NCBI RefSeq assembly: GCF_964355755.1 | Contig: NC_092672.1 | Coordinates: 7,874,001-7,938,000, forward strand | Length of the DNA stretch: 64,000 nucleotides | Direction of reading: 5' to 3' | Source: Antedon mediterranea | Lineage: Eukaryota > Animalia > Echinodermata | In this document: piece by piece, positions 51,256 to 64,000 of the stretch | How the letters are laid out: each line of letters begins with the position of its first letter | Position numbering within the stretch: position 1 is the stretch's first letter | Translations under genes and position numbers: made by a program | Notes under the pieces: generated by a model | Databases searched by the model: none | What the model was told of the DNA's origin: nothing | The model's input: the letters and a program-made list of their open reading frames with translations, nothing else

Positions 51256-54200
51256 TGCACTAAAGCAACGCGACGGAAGCCAGCCTTGTTACAACCGTTA
51301 ATGTAGAAAACGCCAGCTAATGTCGAAACAACCGTTAATGTAGAACAATCCACCGCTTATGTAGTAAAACCTCCAGCTTATGTAGAAACACCAACAGCTT
51401 ATGTAGTAAATACAAATCAACACCAGCTAATGTAGAAACAATTAACAGCTTATGTAGTAACGAAAATTTCCTCCCAGCTTATGTAGTTACTATCGCCAGC
51501 TAATGTAGAAAATGTTATATATTTTACAAAAATGTCTCATTTATGTGCCAGTGCATCGATCTTTACTTAGCTATCACAGGCCCGTAGCCAGGGGGGTTTT
51601 TATGGTTCGGGCGAACCCCCCCCCCCCCTTTATAGCGAACCCCCCTTAACCAACTGCGAACCCCGATCCCCGACATGCCCAATACCTCACCCTCATCTCC
51701 AAAAATCCTCCAAATACGTGCCCCACAGTACAAAAAGTTGTTTGTAAATTGAAAAATTCGTAAACTTGTTCGTGAACCTTCTTCTCTGTATGAGCGTCAA
51801 CTATTGATACGTGTCTGTAAATTTCTAAAAGCTGCAAATGAATTGCCGATTTTAACCTGAAAAATAAATGTTTGGTCCCTGCATGTAACATGATATTGAC
51901 GCGTCTCATAGCGAGCTGGCGCACGAACGATTCGTACAAAGGACACCGCCAGAAAACTGCGTACCTATTGTTTAGATCACTGGCAGTCAGGCAGCATGCA
52001 TAAAGTATATAGCCTTCCGACGTACATCAGTATTTATGTGTGACTATGAAGTATAATGTATCATAGAGGATTATAGTGAATATTAATATTTTACACTATA
52101 ATATCTATGGTATCAAGTACTGTAGTTCACATTATGGCATCCGATAATTTTTTTCTAGACCACGCCGATACGTACTAAAATGTATCAATATCACCTATTT
52201 ACATATTTATATTCCTCAACAAATTGCTGTAAATAAATATTATAGATAGAGCTAGCAAATAGCATTTGCCTTCACCCAGTTTGCTTTTTTCGGGGCTGCT
52301 CCTAGGTATACGTTCGCATTGAACTTGAACGCAAAACAAAATACGAAGTAAATGATCAAACAATCGGCGGTTCCGCACAGAGCACGCGCATCTAACATAC
52401 GGCAACAAATAGTTATCGTCATTTAAATTATCGACGTGTTTGAGGAGGAGGAAAAAAGTACGATCTTTTTGCTCATTGGTTATATAGCATGCTGCACGAG
52501 AGTGTCTTTTCCGGCCATCTAGGGGTGTCATTTAACAAAATTCGCTTCGCATCAGGCTGGGGGAGGGGGGGGGGGGTTGATCCTGGCTACGGCCCTGTAT
52601 CAGTCTTTCCACCTCTCGTAAGCAACCAACTTTCTAAAACGAACACACATCGTAAGCAACCATCTCTGTTAAGGGACCGCTTCTCATAATCGACCACCTC
52701 TCGTAAGGGATTACCTCCTCTCATAAGGGACCACTTCTTATAACCGACCACCTCTCGTAAGCGACCACCTCTCTTAAGGACCACACCTTTCGTAAATGAC
52801 CACCTCTTTTAAGGGACCACGACCTCTTTCTCTCTATTAAAGGACCGCTTCTCATAATTGTCAGTGACGACTCTTTTAAAGGACCACCTCTCTTAACGAC
52901 CCACCAATTGTAAGTGACGACCTCTTATAAAGGACCACCACCTCTATTAAGGGACTGCTTCTCATAATCGACCATCTTCCATCGCAATGACCTCTCGAAA
53001 GTGACCACCTCTATTGCGACGACCAGTGTCTCTGTTAAGGGACCGCTTCTTATCATTGACCACTTCCGAGAGGTGGTCGATTATGATAAATGGTCCCTTA
53101 AAAGAGACGGTGGTCGTTCAATAGAGGTGATCACTTACGAGAAGTGGTCTATTATAAGCAGTGGTCCCTTAATAATAGAAACGGTGGACGTTCAACAGAG
53201 GTGGTCACTTACCAGAGGTCGTTGTGACGGGAGATAGTCGATTATAAGAAGCGGTCCTTTAATAGAGAGAAAGAGATCGTGGTCCCTTAAAAAAGGTGGT
53301 CATTTACGAGAGGTGTGGTCGTTAAAAGAGGTGGTCGCTTACGAGAGGTGGAAAGACTGATAGCTAAGTAAAGATCGATGCTTGCACATGAATTATAGAC
53401 ATTTTTGTAAAATATATAACATTTTCTACATTAGCTGGCGATAGTAACTACATAAGCTGGGAGGCAATTTTCGTTACTACATAAGCTGTTGACTGTTTCT
53501 ACATTAGCTGGTGTTGATTTTTATTTACTACATAAGCTGTTGGTGTTTCTACATAAGCTGGAGGTTTTACTACATAAGCGGTGGATTGTTCTACATTAAC
53601 GGTTGTTTCGACATTAGCTGGCGTTTTCTACATTAGCGGTTGTAACAAGCCTTGACCAATCAAAAGTGATGGATTATTCGAATGTGTCGTTTGTCATTGG
53701 TCAACTCGCTTGCGTTGCTCTTAAGCTTGGTTCCCACTAGAGACGCAACGCAACGACGTAACGCAACGTAAGTGATTTGACCAATCACAGGCGATGGATT
53801 ATTCGAACAGTCGCTTGTCATTGGTCAACTCGCTTGCGTTGCGTCTACGTCCTTGCCTTGCGTTGTATTGTTCTATTTCTTTTTTATAAATTAGCTTCTA
53901 TAGGCCTATACGACAATTCGATTACGCGTCAACTAGCAACAAGTGAGTTGACCAATCACACACGACAGTTCGGATGATCCATCACGTCATGATTGGTCAA
54001 ATTACTTGTGGAGCGATTACGTTCCTGCGTCCTACAGTAGGAACAAAAATCTAGCGTTAGCTTTATTCATGGATTATTTTCCCAACTTCAATGTTAGTAT
54101 TCTAAGTTAAACCTGCACTATATTTGATATCGAAGATCCTTAGACAGTGCTAGTGTACAGGCAGGAATTACGAATCACGAAAACAAGTTACTTGAATCAA

Positions 54201-57200
54201 ACTTTATTCATAGAAACAGGTTGCTATAATAAAAGGTATTATTATAATTATTAGCAAAACGAATAACAAAGTACTGTAATATATTGGTTTAAAGTTACAA
54301 AAATGTGATTATAATTATCCTTTAATATAAGAGATCCTTTATTGTATAATGGCTACTACTATTTTGTTTAATTAATACAAAGCTTATGTTTTACCACTGT
54401 AGTGATATAATGCATACCGTGAATTTTGATCTCTCCTGCCTTCTATAGGTATCCAACACAGTCACAACACAACTGTGAGCCAAATTACCTCAAATGAGAA
54501 TGGTATCGACCAACCAAACTGTAACCTATATCCAACCATTAGTCATTAATAACTTTAAAAACTAATTTTTTATCAAGAGGCAGTTTCAACTTTAGAGGGC
54601 ACACTTTACAAAGTCAATATGTCTGGGACAAAACAGCTAGAATATGAGATTATGTCGAAACAGCCGGTACCTGCACTATAAGAATAATAGTAATATTGTG
54701 GATACATAATATGATTGAGTGATATTTTTTTTACTGAATCAAAAATCCTACAACCGTAAATTTCTACAATCTATGAAATAATGGTTAGTATTTTATAACA
54801 TTTGTTTATTTTATTTAAGGAAATGAATTATCACCGTATGTATACATCGATCTTTTGGATATGTATTATGTTAAGCAAGTAAAAATTATCAATAGACAAG
54901 GTTGTAAGTATAGTCATTCTTTTAGAATTTTGTGTACAGTACTTGAAAGAGTACACTGGTTTGGTTTTCATAAAGTTTGTATGGCTTCTATACAGAGACG
55001 CAGCACAAGGACGAGACGCAACGGACGGCAAGTTGACCAATGACAAGTGACAGTTTGAATAATCAATTGCTTGTGATTGATCAAATTACTTGATTTGCAT
55101 TTGCGTACTTGCGTTAAACTCTGTCTACACTGTCAAACTTTATGTGACAAAAAGTGTGATGTGCCCATGGACATGATGACGTCATATCACTTCCATATCT
55201 GGGCATATCAATACCATATTTGGACACATCATACTTTTTTGTCGAATTGATTGGTGTAGACAGAGCTTTACGCCATATAGTGGAAACTAACATTGAAAAG
55301 TCTGCCACAACCGTAACAACGCAGCATAAAAAGATACTCTTCTATCAATTCCGTACAGTACAAATGTTAATGTATTTCAAAGCTCTTTCAGTGATTACGC
55401 CCTCTTTTTGGTTTAAAAATAATAAGTGAATTTATTACGCGAAATGCACATAAACTGACGCTTTCTTTTCCAAAATAAATTGGACTTGTGGAAGGTTACT
55501 TTTTCTAGCTCATGGTATTATTAATATAAGAACATAATTATATCGAGTGTTTCTGATGATGTTTTGAACAGGTTGTCAAGATCGGGTGACAGGCGGCATT
55601 GTTAGAATAGGTGCATCAGTGGATAACATATTCGCAAATGTAGCTTGTGGAGAACCTATAGCTGCAGGTGAAATTTCAAATTCAGCAGACATTTACAGAG
55701 ATTGCGAACTGACCGAATTAGTTCGATATGTCAGCTTGTCTTTAGACGGTATTCGAGAGTATATAAACATTGCTGAAATAGAGGTTTATACTAATGGTAT
55801 GTATATTTAGTATTGATAAAACAAAGTCGGTTGTACACTGGAAATTATTATCAATAAAATGTTTATAGTTCTTTTTTATTCAATCTAATCGAATCATCGC
55901 CACTAACAGGCTAGCTACAATAAAAAACTACCGATAAAAAATATAATTCTTTAAAACAGACATACAATGTAGAACATCGAACATAGAGACAAGAGTGGTA
56001 ATAAAGGGAAAAATGTAATGCCATTAAAAAAAAATATCGATATTGGTCTTATTTCCTTATAAGCTGGGTTCCCACTAGCGACGCAACGTAACGCAATCTA
56101 CGCAACGTAAGAAAATTCCCTTTCAACAATTGTGTTTGCCCCCGCCTGCATGAAATCAAACCTGTGATATTTGCAGCACTGTTGCGTCGGCGGTTCTCAC
56201 TTGTGATTACGCAATACAGCACTTTGCGTCAATATGCCGTTGCGTTGCGTTGCGCGGGGCAAACACAATTATTGGAAGGGCATTTCCTTACGTTGCGTAG
56301 GTTGCGTTACGTTGCGTACTAGTGGGAAGACTCGTTACGTTGATACTACGTATCATCGTCCTATATAGTATAAACTAGCCTTTTAAATGTAATGTGATTG
56401 CTGAATACGGCAACTGAATTCTTTTTTTTTTCTTAGCGCAAGTATTAAGAACTTATAACAATCACTGCTATGAATATTCCCTTGTTGCTGCAACATGGAG
56501 TGAAGCAAAATTAGATTGTGAGAGTCGATCTTCAACGCTCGTTACAATAAACACTGAAGACGAGCTTACCCATTTGATGTCGTCATTCAGCTCAACTACA
56601 TGCACGTGGACAGGTCTTAATGACATCACAACTGAAGGAGAACCTGATTGGTTGACTCATGATACTACGGTGTATTCCAACTACAGCAATGCTAACAACG
56701 ATGCAAATGACTGTTTTTCTATGACTACTGATGACACTCTATTACGTAATGAAGATTGCAATACTGAATTAGTTTATATTTGTGAAGGTGAGTAGTTCAC
56801 ACTGCGTTGCATTAAACGCCCCTCATTTCCACCCACCCCACCCCAACTACCCCATTAAATAACCAGATCTAATTTGAATATCTTTCTGAATTAACGTATA
56901 AGTTTAATAAACATTTAATTCGAAAACATGTTCGTACAACAAAGTAAATCACATGACGTGCGTATACAAAATTAAAGCTTGGTTTCCACTTGGACGCAAC
57001 GCAACGACGTAGGTGCAACGCAAGTGAGTTAACCAATCACAAGCGACAGATACTCAATTAAAAATAACAATGAGCTGCATGTAGTTTTAAATTTACACCC
57101 AAAAAAATAAACTCTCTCGAACAAGGGCCCCCTAAAAACCTTATAAATACGGTTAAAAAAATAGAGCATAACTATTTTTTAAATGAAATAAAATACAGTA

Positions 57201-57503
57201 AATTTTCAATTATTATCAACCTGCATTTTATATCTTGCAGCAAGGGGCAACAGCTATAAAACCTATGAGATTGGCACAAGAGACAAAATCCCGACTGATG
57301 AGTTCGTATTAAAGCGTATGCTAGCTATCAGCCCAGGCCTATGCTCACTGGGATGTACTACATTGGATGCTTGTACTTCGTTTTCATTTAATTTCATGAC
57401 AAATGAGTGTAAACTTAGTAATAGTACAGGTCAGGACAACCAACTTACAGATGAACAATTCGCTAATTTATACATAATAAATTCGTCTGGTTTAACTTGT
57501 TAA
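49784..57503 (+). CDS. Mosaic lectin-like protein: F-type lectin (fucolectin) domain + C-type lectin domain + PAN/apple domain; 5' start exon not identified
   Basis: In-phase GT-AG exons 49784-49800 (micro-exon, conserved in the paralogue), 51141-51245, 54820-54903, 55572-55796, 56437-56787, 57241-57503 (stop). F-type: IGRNKPAVRSS..VNDGN..FVHT..VYIDLL..VKIINRQGCCQDR..RYVSL..INIAEIEVY. C-type: HCYEY..TWSEAKLDC..LVTINTEDE..WTGLND..C..C..YICE. PAN: CSLGCTTLDACTSFSFN..CKL. Confidence 0.85.
49899..50644. mobile_element. Nested and adjacent cluster of PIF/Harbinger family A MITEs
   Basis: At least four AGC(T/G)TGGTTCCCAC starts. Insert 49916-50094 has TAA TSDs and is absent from the paralogous site near 62840. 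Two more copies at 50268-50644 are also absent there. Confidence 0.85.
51287..53647. mobile_element. Ginger-like (TGT..ACA) palindromic non-autonomous element with 5-bp TSD
   Basis: TGTTACAACCG ... CGGTTGTAACA ends; TSD AGCCT at 51282-51286 and 53648-53652. Arms made of CAGCTTATGTAG and GACCACCTCTC subrepeats meet near 53063. Superfamily is inferred from termini only. Confidence 0.75.
51577..52597. mobile_element. hAT-like element with 5-bp TSD nested in the left arm of the palindromic element
   Basis: TIR CAGGCCCGTAGCCAGG / CCTGGCTACGGCCCTG; TSD TATCA. The right arm of the host (about 53350-53380) shows the empty site TAGC-TATCA-GTC. Confidence 0.8.
55117..55267. mobile_element. PIF/Harbinger MITE family B nested in a decayed family A MITE
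   Basis: AACTCTGTCTACAC ... GTGTAGACAGAGCT with TTA TSD. Confidence 0.75.
56062..56330. mobile_element. PIF/Harbinger family A MITE (rearranged)
   Basis: AGCTGGGTTCCCACTAG ... CTAGTGGGAA ends with family A internal sequence. Confidence 0.7.
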
Positions 57504-58209
57504 AAGTAACGATATAAAACAAAGCGGAAAAAAGACGTACAAAAGAAGAAAATAAAACACTGTCAAGTGGCTCACCAAAATAAAAAATGAAAAGAGATAT
57601 GCAATATATCTAAATATGAACAATGTTTCTATGAATTTTATAGGAAAACATGTTATAAGTTTATTTGTAGACTGGAAGATAGTACAAACAAACTATAGTT
57701 AAAACTGTTAATAGTTACACATTTTCGACGCTAAATGTTAACAGAATGGCACTTCTCAGAGCTTAAGGTGTTTTTATTAATTTTTTGTATTTTTAATGAT
57801 GTTTTATAATGATTTATGTGCTTTATTTTCTTTTTCTTGTATGGCTTGTAAATTTCTGAAATAAAGTTGACTATTATTATTATTATTATTATTATTAAAT
57901 ATAATAATAACATTCTGAAATAAATATTTCAAAACCAATGCATTATAGTTAAAATTTTAAATATATAAAACATAAACAACCATGAATTTATATTTGTTGA
58001 TATAAGAATGTTTAAAACTCTAGAAAAAAGGGGAGGGTGGATGAATGCTTCATTTTAATTTGCTACTTGACTTTCTGACAGCATACTGCGGTGAGCAGTA
58101 GAACATTTGTAGAACATGGCATACCGAACTGTTTATGTTACAACGCAATACACATAATTGTGTCATTGATAACGATAACATGGTGGTGGTAGATAATGAT
58201 GATGCTGAT

Positions 58210-59040
58210 GAAGGTGAAACCATCGGTAGTCGATTATGACGGTGGATACACCATCGGTAGCGGATTATGATGGTGAAACCATCGGATAATTGACTGAGGT
58301 GAAACCATCGGTAGTCGATTATGATGGTGGATACACCATCGGTAGTCGATTATGATGGTGAAAGCATCGGTAGTCGATTATGATGGTGAAAGCATCGGTA
58401 GGCGATTATGATAGTGAAACCAGCGGTAGTCGATTATGATGGTGGATACACCATCGGTAGTCGATTATGATGGTGAAACCATCGGTAGTCGATTATGATG
58501 GTGAAACCATCGGTAGTCGATTATGATGGTGAAACCATCGGTAGTCGATTATGATGGTGAAAGCATCGGTAGTCGATTATGATTGTGAAACCATTGGTAG
58601 TCGATTATGATTGTGATACCATCGGTAGTCGATTATGATGGTGAAACCATCGGTAGTCGACTGAGGTGAAACCATCGGTAGTCGAGTATGATGGGGATAC
58701 AAATAGTAGTCGATGGTGATGGTGAAACCATTGGTCGTCGACTGAGGTGAAACCATCGGTAGTCGACTGAGGTGAAACTATCGGTAGTTGACTGAGGTGA
58801 AACCATCGGGTAGTCGATTATGATGGGGATACCAATAGTAGTCGATGGTGATGGTGAAACCATTGGTAGTCGACTGAGGTGAAACTATCGATATTCGATT
58901 ATGATGGGGATACCAATAGTAGTCGATGGTGATGGTGAAATTTGGTAGTTGACTGAGGTGAAACTATTGGTAGTCGACTGAGGTGAAACCATTGGTAGTC
59001 GACTGAGGTGATCTTATCGGTAGTCGATTATGATAGGGAT
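58210..59040. repeat. 28-bp minisatellite (GGTGAAACCATCGGTAGTCGATTATGAT) with 25- and 31-bp variants
   Basis: About 30 tandem units directly visible; no unique spacers. Confidence 0.92.
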
Positions 59041-59983
59041 ATCCTTATCACCCATCTTCCCTGATAACATTTGATCTAGTCAATATTTTTTTCAATTTAG
59101 ATTCAGTATAAACGCTATGTACATTTTATTGGTATATAAGATTGTTTGAATTAAAGAACTCCCTATTTTAAGAAAAAAAGCTTGCAAGAGAGCTATGTGC
59201 TACTTGTTTTTGCTGACCCGGATTTCCTTTTTATAAAAAACACCCATTTATATATGGGTTTCAATTAGACAACGCAGTAATGGCGTATAATCGTTTTCTA
59301 TATATTTTGTTATTAAATAATTTAGTAAAATGATGATACAGTTTGTTTAGGCGATAAACATTTTGGCAGATGTTTCCTCTATAACAGCTACGTGTTTTTG
59401 CTGACCGGAAATTTCCCTTTTATATAAAAAAAAAACACGCATTTAGGCCTATAATTGTCAAATAGAAAACGCAAAAATAACGTATAATCGTTTTCCATTT
59501 ATTTTTTGATTTAAATAATTCATTGATCATAAACACGTTTTTTTAAGGCAATTACACTTGTTCATAAAAAAAAATAGATCACAGCAATTCATTTGAAACG
59601 GTCTTTTTCTGCCTTAACATGTGGTTATATACTTTGCATGGGCAAGTATAATAAAAACGCACTCTGATAAAAGTACTTTGACAAATTATTATAATAAAAA
59701 CAAATTGTATCAAGAATAAAATTCGGAACTACTGCCATTGATTTGTTATACACTATCCCTTCTCTTTAAAATTTATATGTAGGCTAAAAAATTAAAGCAA
59801 TAGTGGATATGGAACTTTAGACTTTACTTTTGACTTTTCAGACTTTACGTGTGAATTAGATTTGCGCGCAAATACATAACGAAAGTATAAAATGCCTAAT
59901 ATTTTGAGTGTTTTTCGTGGTGTATTAATTATTTGATACATTAAACATAAAATAAAAAAGTGGACACAAATCTGGTGTAACGC

Positions 59984-61225
59984 AAATGATTAGAGGCTTT
60001 GGGGCCGAAACGACCTCAACCTATTCTCAAACTTTAAATTGGTAAGAAGTCCGACTCGCTCGATTGGAGCCGGGCGACAAATGAGAGTGCTCAGTGGGCC
60101 ACTTTTGGTAAGCAGGACTGGCGCTGCGGGATGAACCGAACGCCGGGTTACGGCGCCCAATTGGGACGCTCATTAGATCCCAGAAAAGGTGTTGGTTGAT
60201 ACAGACAACAGGACGGTGGCCATGGAAGTTGGAATCCGCTAAGGAGTGTGTAACAACTCACCTGCTGAATCAACTAGCCCTGAAAATGGATAGTAAATAT
60301 TCAAGTGAGACCTTTGAGGGCCGAGTGTGGAGAAGGGTCCCATGTGAACAGCCGTTGCACATGGGTCAGGCGATCCTAAGAGGGTAGTTCCGTTCCGAGC
60401 GGTGGCGTAGGCCGCGCCTCTCGTGGGTCTCGTTAGGCGAAATGGAATCGGGTCAATATTCCCGAACCTGAAGACGGAGGTCGCTGCCTCACGCAGCCAG
60501 TGCTCCAAAGCAAACAAACTCGGAGACGCTGGCGGGAGCTCCGGGAAGAGTTGTCTTGTTTGATAGGGGCTGCGGGCCCGTAAAGCACCGCGGCTCTTGC
60601 GGTATCCGGTGCGCTTCCGCTGGCCCTTGAAAATCCGAGGGACACCGACTGATTTTCGCCTCGGCTCGTACCCATAACCGCAGCTGGTCTCCAATGTGAA
60701 TAGCCCCTGGCCGATAGAACAATGTAGGTAAGGGAAGTCGGCAAATTAGATCCGTAACTTCGGGAAAAGGGTTGGCTATAAAGCGTGGTTCCCTCTAGAA
60801 CGCAACGCAACGTAACGCAGCGACGTATCAACGCAAAGTGCTGTATTGCGTAATCACAAGTGGGAACCGACGACGAAATAGTGCTGCAAACATCGTAGGT
60901 TTGATTTCACGCAGGCGGGGCAAACACAATGTTTAGAAGGGAATTTGCTTACGTTGCGTAGATTGCGTTACGTTGCATCGCTAGTGGGAACCAAGCTTAA
61001 GGTCTGGGTCGGTCGGCCCGGAGAGTGAAGCGGGACCGGGCGCGTGCCGTGAGTGAGCGAGGCCTGCGCAAGCAGGGCGAGCCCGGACTAGTGCCGGCCC
61101 CATTTCGTGGACCTTCCTGGCTTGGCGGCCTTTCGGGATCGCTTTGGCCGACGCCAAACAGCCAACTTAGAACTGGTACGGACACGGGGAATCCAACTGT
61201 CTAATTAAAACAAAGCATTGCGATG
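59984..61225 (+). pseudogene. Decayed internal fragment of 28S (LSU) rRNA
   Basis: Conserved LSU blocks ACCTCAACCTATTCTCAAACTTTAAAT, CAGTGGGCCACTTTTGGTAAGCAG, GGAATCCGCTAAGGAGTGTGTAACAACTCACC, GTAAGGGAAGTCGGCAAATTAGATCCGTAACTTCGGG, TGTCTAATTAAAACAAAGCATTGCGA. It has internal deletions, substitutions in normally invariant positions and a MITE insertion, and no flanking rDNA. Confidence 0.92.
60782..60997. mobile_element. PIF/Harbinger family A MITE inserted in the 28S fragment
   Basis: TAA TSD at 60779-60781 and 60998-61000; removing it restores TTGGCT.TAAGG.CTGGGTCGG of 28S. Confidence 0.9.
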
Positions 61226-62687
61226 CGAACTATTTACGGTCATTGATTTTTGTTACTTTGAAATATCTGTAAGCTATACAAAATGAAAGCAATATGGGAC
61301 TTTCTGCTGTATGAATATTAATATTATGTTTTTGTTCATTTACATTTTTTTTTTTTTTTGGCGGCCCGGCATGGTATTTGTAGATCCGACCATGGTGGTA
61401 CAACATAGGAGGTTGTGTAGTTTATACAGTGACGTAACATGGTCGCTGAGACGTCAAATTACTGCTTTTTTGCCTTTTAAGAGTTTTTTCTTAAAATTTA
61501 GAAAAGTGACATAGCCTATCGTGTGCAGCGCCTCAATAAACATCAGTGTGCCAAATGTGGGCACATACCGTTCTGTGGTTTTGGAGGAGATACGTAAAAT
61601 ACGCGAAAAATTTAGTACATAAAACATAAATCTCTTTATTCATCTCATAAAACAAACAAAAGCAAGCAAGGAGTAAAAAATATTTTTAAAGATAAAAGGG
61701 ACCTCCAAGAAACCCCAAGGGACTTGTGATAGGAGGCCCACTAAAAACTAGTTACATTAATTAAGCTACTGTAAAAAAAAAAAAATACATAAATTGACGA
61801 ATAGACCATTAATATTATATCAGGGGACGCGCATTGTTAGGGAATAAAATTGCCAGGAATCGAAAACCAAATACCAGATGAGGTTTGAAACACTCAGAAG
61901 CAGAAAGGTTAAATGAACCCACATAGGCCTAAATACTGTACATTACATTATACATACACATTAAAATGTTTAAGCATTAATAGATATATAGCCTACAATT
62001 ACAATATATTTATTGAAAAAATGAATTTAAATAATTAAGAATTCGATATCAAGAATCGCTTAAAAAATATTCCCACAGTTTTTCCAATAATATACAAGTA
62101 GTGAATGTTTATGAGTGCAATGGTACAAATAATTTCATGAGGCGAAAGATGATGCGATGATTGAACATTCATCATCACTCCTGAACAGTTTCTATAAACT
62201 AACAGTTGATTTCAACCATTCAAAGAGAAACCCCACAGAATGCAACGTACTTTAAAAAGGGTAAATATTCGATTTTTCAATTTCGGTTTTGAATCGTTGC
62301 TAAGTGACTTATTAAGCAACGCATAATCATCATGTTATATATTTTGTTCTGTGTATTTTATTTATGATTTAGGCCTATTCGATTTTAATGGCAATCAATT
62401 TTATCTTGATTGATCGATATTAGAATGTATATTATTTGAATTGAAAATAGAACACCAAACTAGTTTTGTAATGCCAAGGTTAATTAAACATATTGTTAAT
62501 TGTGGATTTTGTTCTGTATGTGTATTATTTATAGCTTATTCGAGTTTAATAGCAATCGATCTCATCACGATTAATCGATATTATTACTGTATATATTAGA
62601 AGTAAGAAAAGAACACCAAACTAGTTTTGTTATGCCACGGTTAAACATGTTTCTAACGTTTTCTATAAGTGTTTGGATTTTGTTCAG

Positions 62688-63913
62688 ACCTTCTTCTTCA
62701 GGTTGTAAGTATATGGCTTACTTCAAAGTATTGATATGTTCTAGGCATTGTCTTAAGTGACGATATTTGTATAAGTACGGTAGGGTGGAGGAGAGCAATT
62801 TCTTCATATCTAATATCCATCTGTAGAAGCTTGGTTCCCACTAAGTCGCAACGCAAGGACGTAAGTCGCAACGCAAGGACGTAAGCCGCAACGCAAGAAC
62901 GAATTGACCAATCACAAGCGACAGTCGGAATAATCCATCGGTTGCGGCGGCTCCTTGTATTGCGCTCTTGTGGGAATCAAGATAAAACAGTAGGCCTACC
63001 ACCGTCTGGTCACGTACAAGGCAATTCACCATAGATAGATGTAGTGAATGGAATCGATTACTAAACTAAAGGACGACGATTTGTACCATTCCAACTATCC
63101 CAAATCAACTTTCTCCAAATTAGGTGATATTCGATTCGAGAGCGGCGCACTTGTGGTTGAATTGGCTGGTCCTCACGAAAATCTTTCCGCTCCAAAATAT
63201 ATACAAGAAACAAATTAATTCGGTATCTTTATTGAATGAATAATAATATTATTTATTTCACTTTTTTTCATAAAACATTTTGTACATAGAATAGGTAACT
63301 GACTCATTTGAGTTACAGCGATGTGTTTTGCTTAAGCAGCACATGCTCAGCATTTTTTTCATCTCTTTTGGTTTTTTTAATAAATTGTATTGATTTTATG
63401 ATGGTCAAATAAATTTGGAGAAAGTTTTGGGATAGTTGGAATGGTAAAAATAATAAATTTGAAAAATTATAAAATAAAATGAAAACACAATATATATATA
63501 ATATAAAAAAAAACAATATTATGCAGCAAGATTTTAGAATTTTTGTACAAAATTAAAAATAAGCAGTATTATTACAAGGACGAATACAAAAATAACATCA
63601 ACAATGCAATACATGTCAGAAAAGAACAAACGCTACAATAAAATCATTAATTAAAAATTCATTAAAAATAAATTAAATGTTGTTCTACTCTATCGATGTC
63701 ATCAGTTATGGAATAGGGCTATTACAACGTTCAGTAGGCCTATACACATACGAACGTTTCTTTCAAGTGGTTTTGGGTATTATTGGTACTGTATTATTGT
63801 TTTGGCAGTGGTTGAGATTGGCCGTAACAAACCAGCAGTGAGAAGTTCCAACCATGGATCGTATGGACCAGAATGGGTCAATGACGGAAACCTGGCAACC
63901 TTCGTACATACAG
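62688..63913 (+). CDS. Tandem paralogue of the F-type lectin gene (first identifiable exons; continues beyond the window)
   Basis: Micro-exon 62688-62704 and exon 63809-63913 (VEIGRNKPAVRSSNHGSYGPEWVNDGNLATFVHT) with intact splice sites. Confidence 0.75.
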
Positions 63914-64000
63914 GTATTACTTAACTGTACTAACGCTTGGTTCCTACTTAAAGAGTGTGGTTCCCACTAGAACGCAACGCAGCGACGTATTGACGTAATC

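Noticed and set aside
60196-61185. Several ORFs of 62-151 aa
   Set aside because: They are shadow frames of GC-rich 28S rRNA sequence and the MITE.
59984-61225. Functional rRNA gene or R2/Pokey-type rDNA insertion
   Set aside because: The fragment is partial, deleted and isolated; the insert is a common MITE found throughout the window.

Overview
AT-rich, intron-containing metazoan genomic DNA; a marine invertebrate deuterostome such as an echinoderm is my inference from gene and repeat style. Spliced genes were reconstructed by hand. (+) A 382-aa protein made only of two tandem death-effector-domain-like pairs (1566-4897). (-) Cytosolic NAD kinase, 11 coding exons, 452 aa, with candidate alternative first exons (7906-27090). 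(-) A possible small-ORF or non-coding spliced transcript (~31200-35780). (-) Prohibitin-2, 7 exons, 297 aa (37214-44628). Its AT-AC U12-type intron hosts a ~331-nt U85/U89-like composite C/D-H/ACA scaRNA with guides for U5 Cm45 and Psi46, plus an unexplained 13-nt antisense element to the U5 5' end. (+) An F-type lectin / C-type lectin / PAN-apple gene (49784-57503) and the start of a diverged tandem paralogue (62688 onward). The window also holds a decayed 28S rRNA fragment, an eIF2A retrocopy fragment, a SINE, a LINE remnant, many non-autonomous DNA transposons (PIF/Harbinger MITEs, Mutator-like foldbacks, hAT-like elements with 5/6/8-bp TSDs, Ginger-like TG..CA elements) and several tandem repeats. 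No transposase, CRISPR or prokaryotic system is visible.
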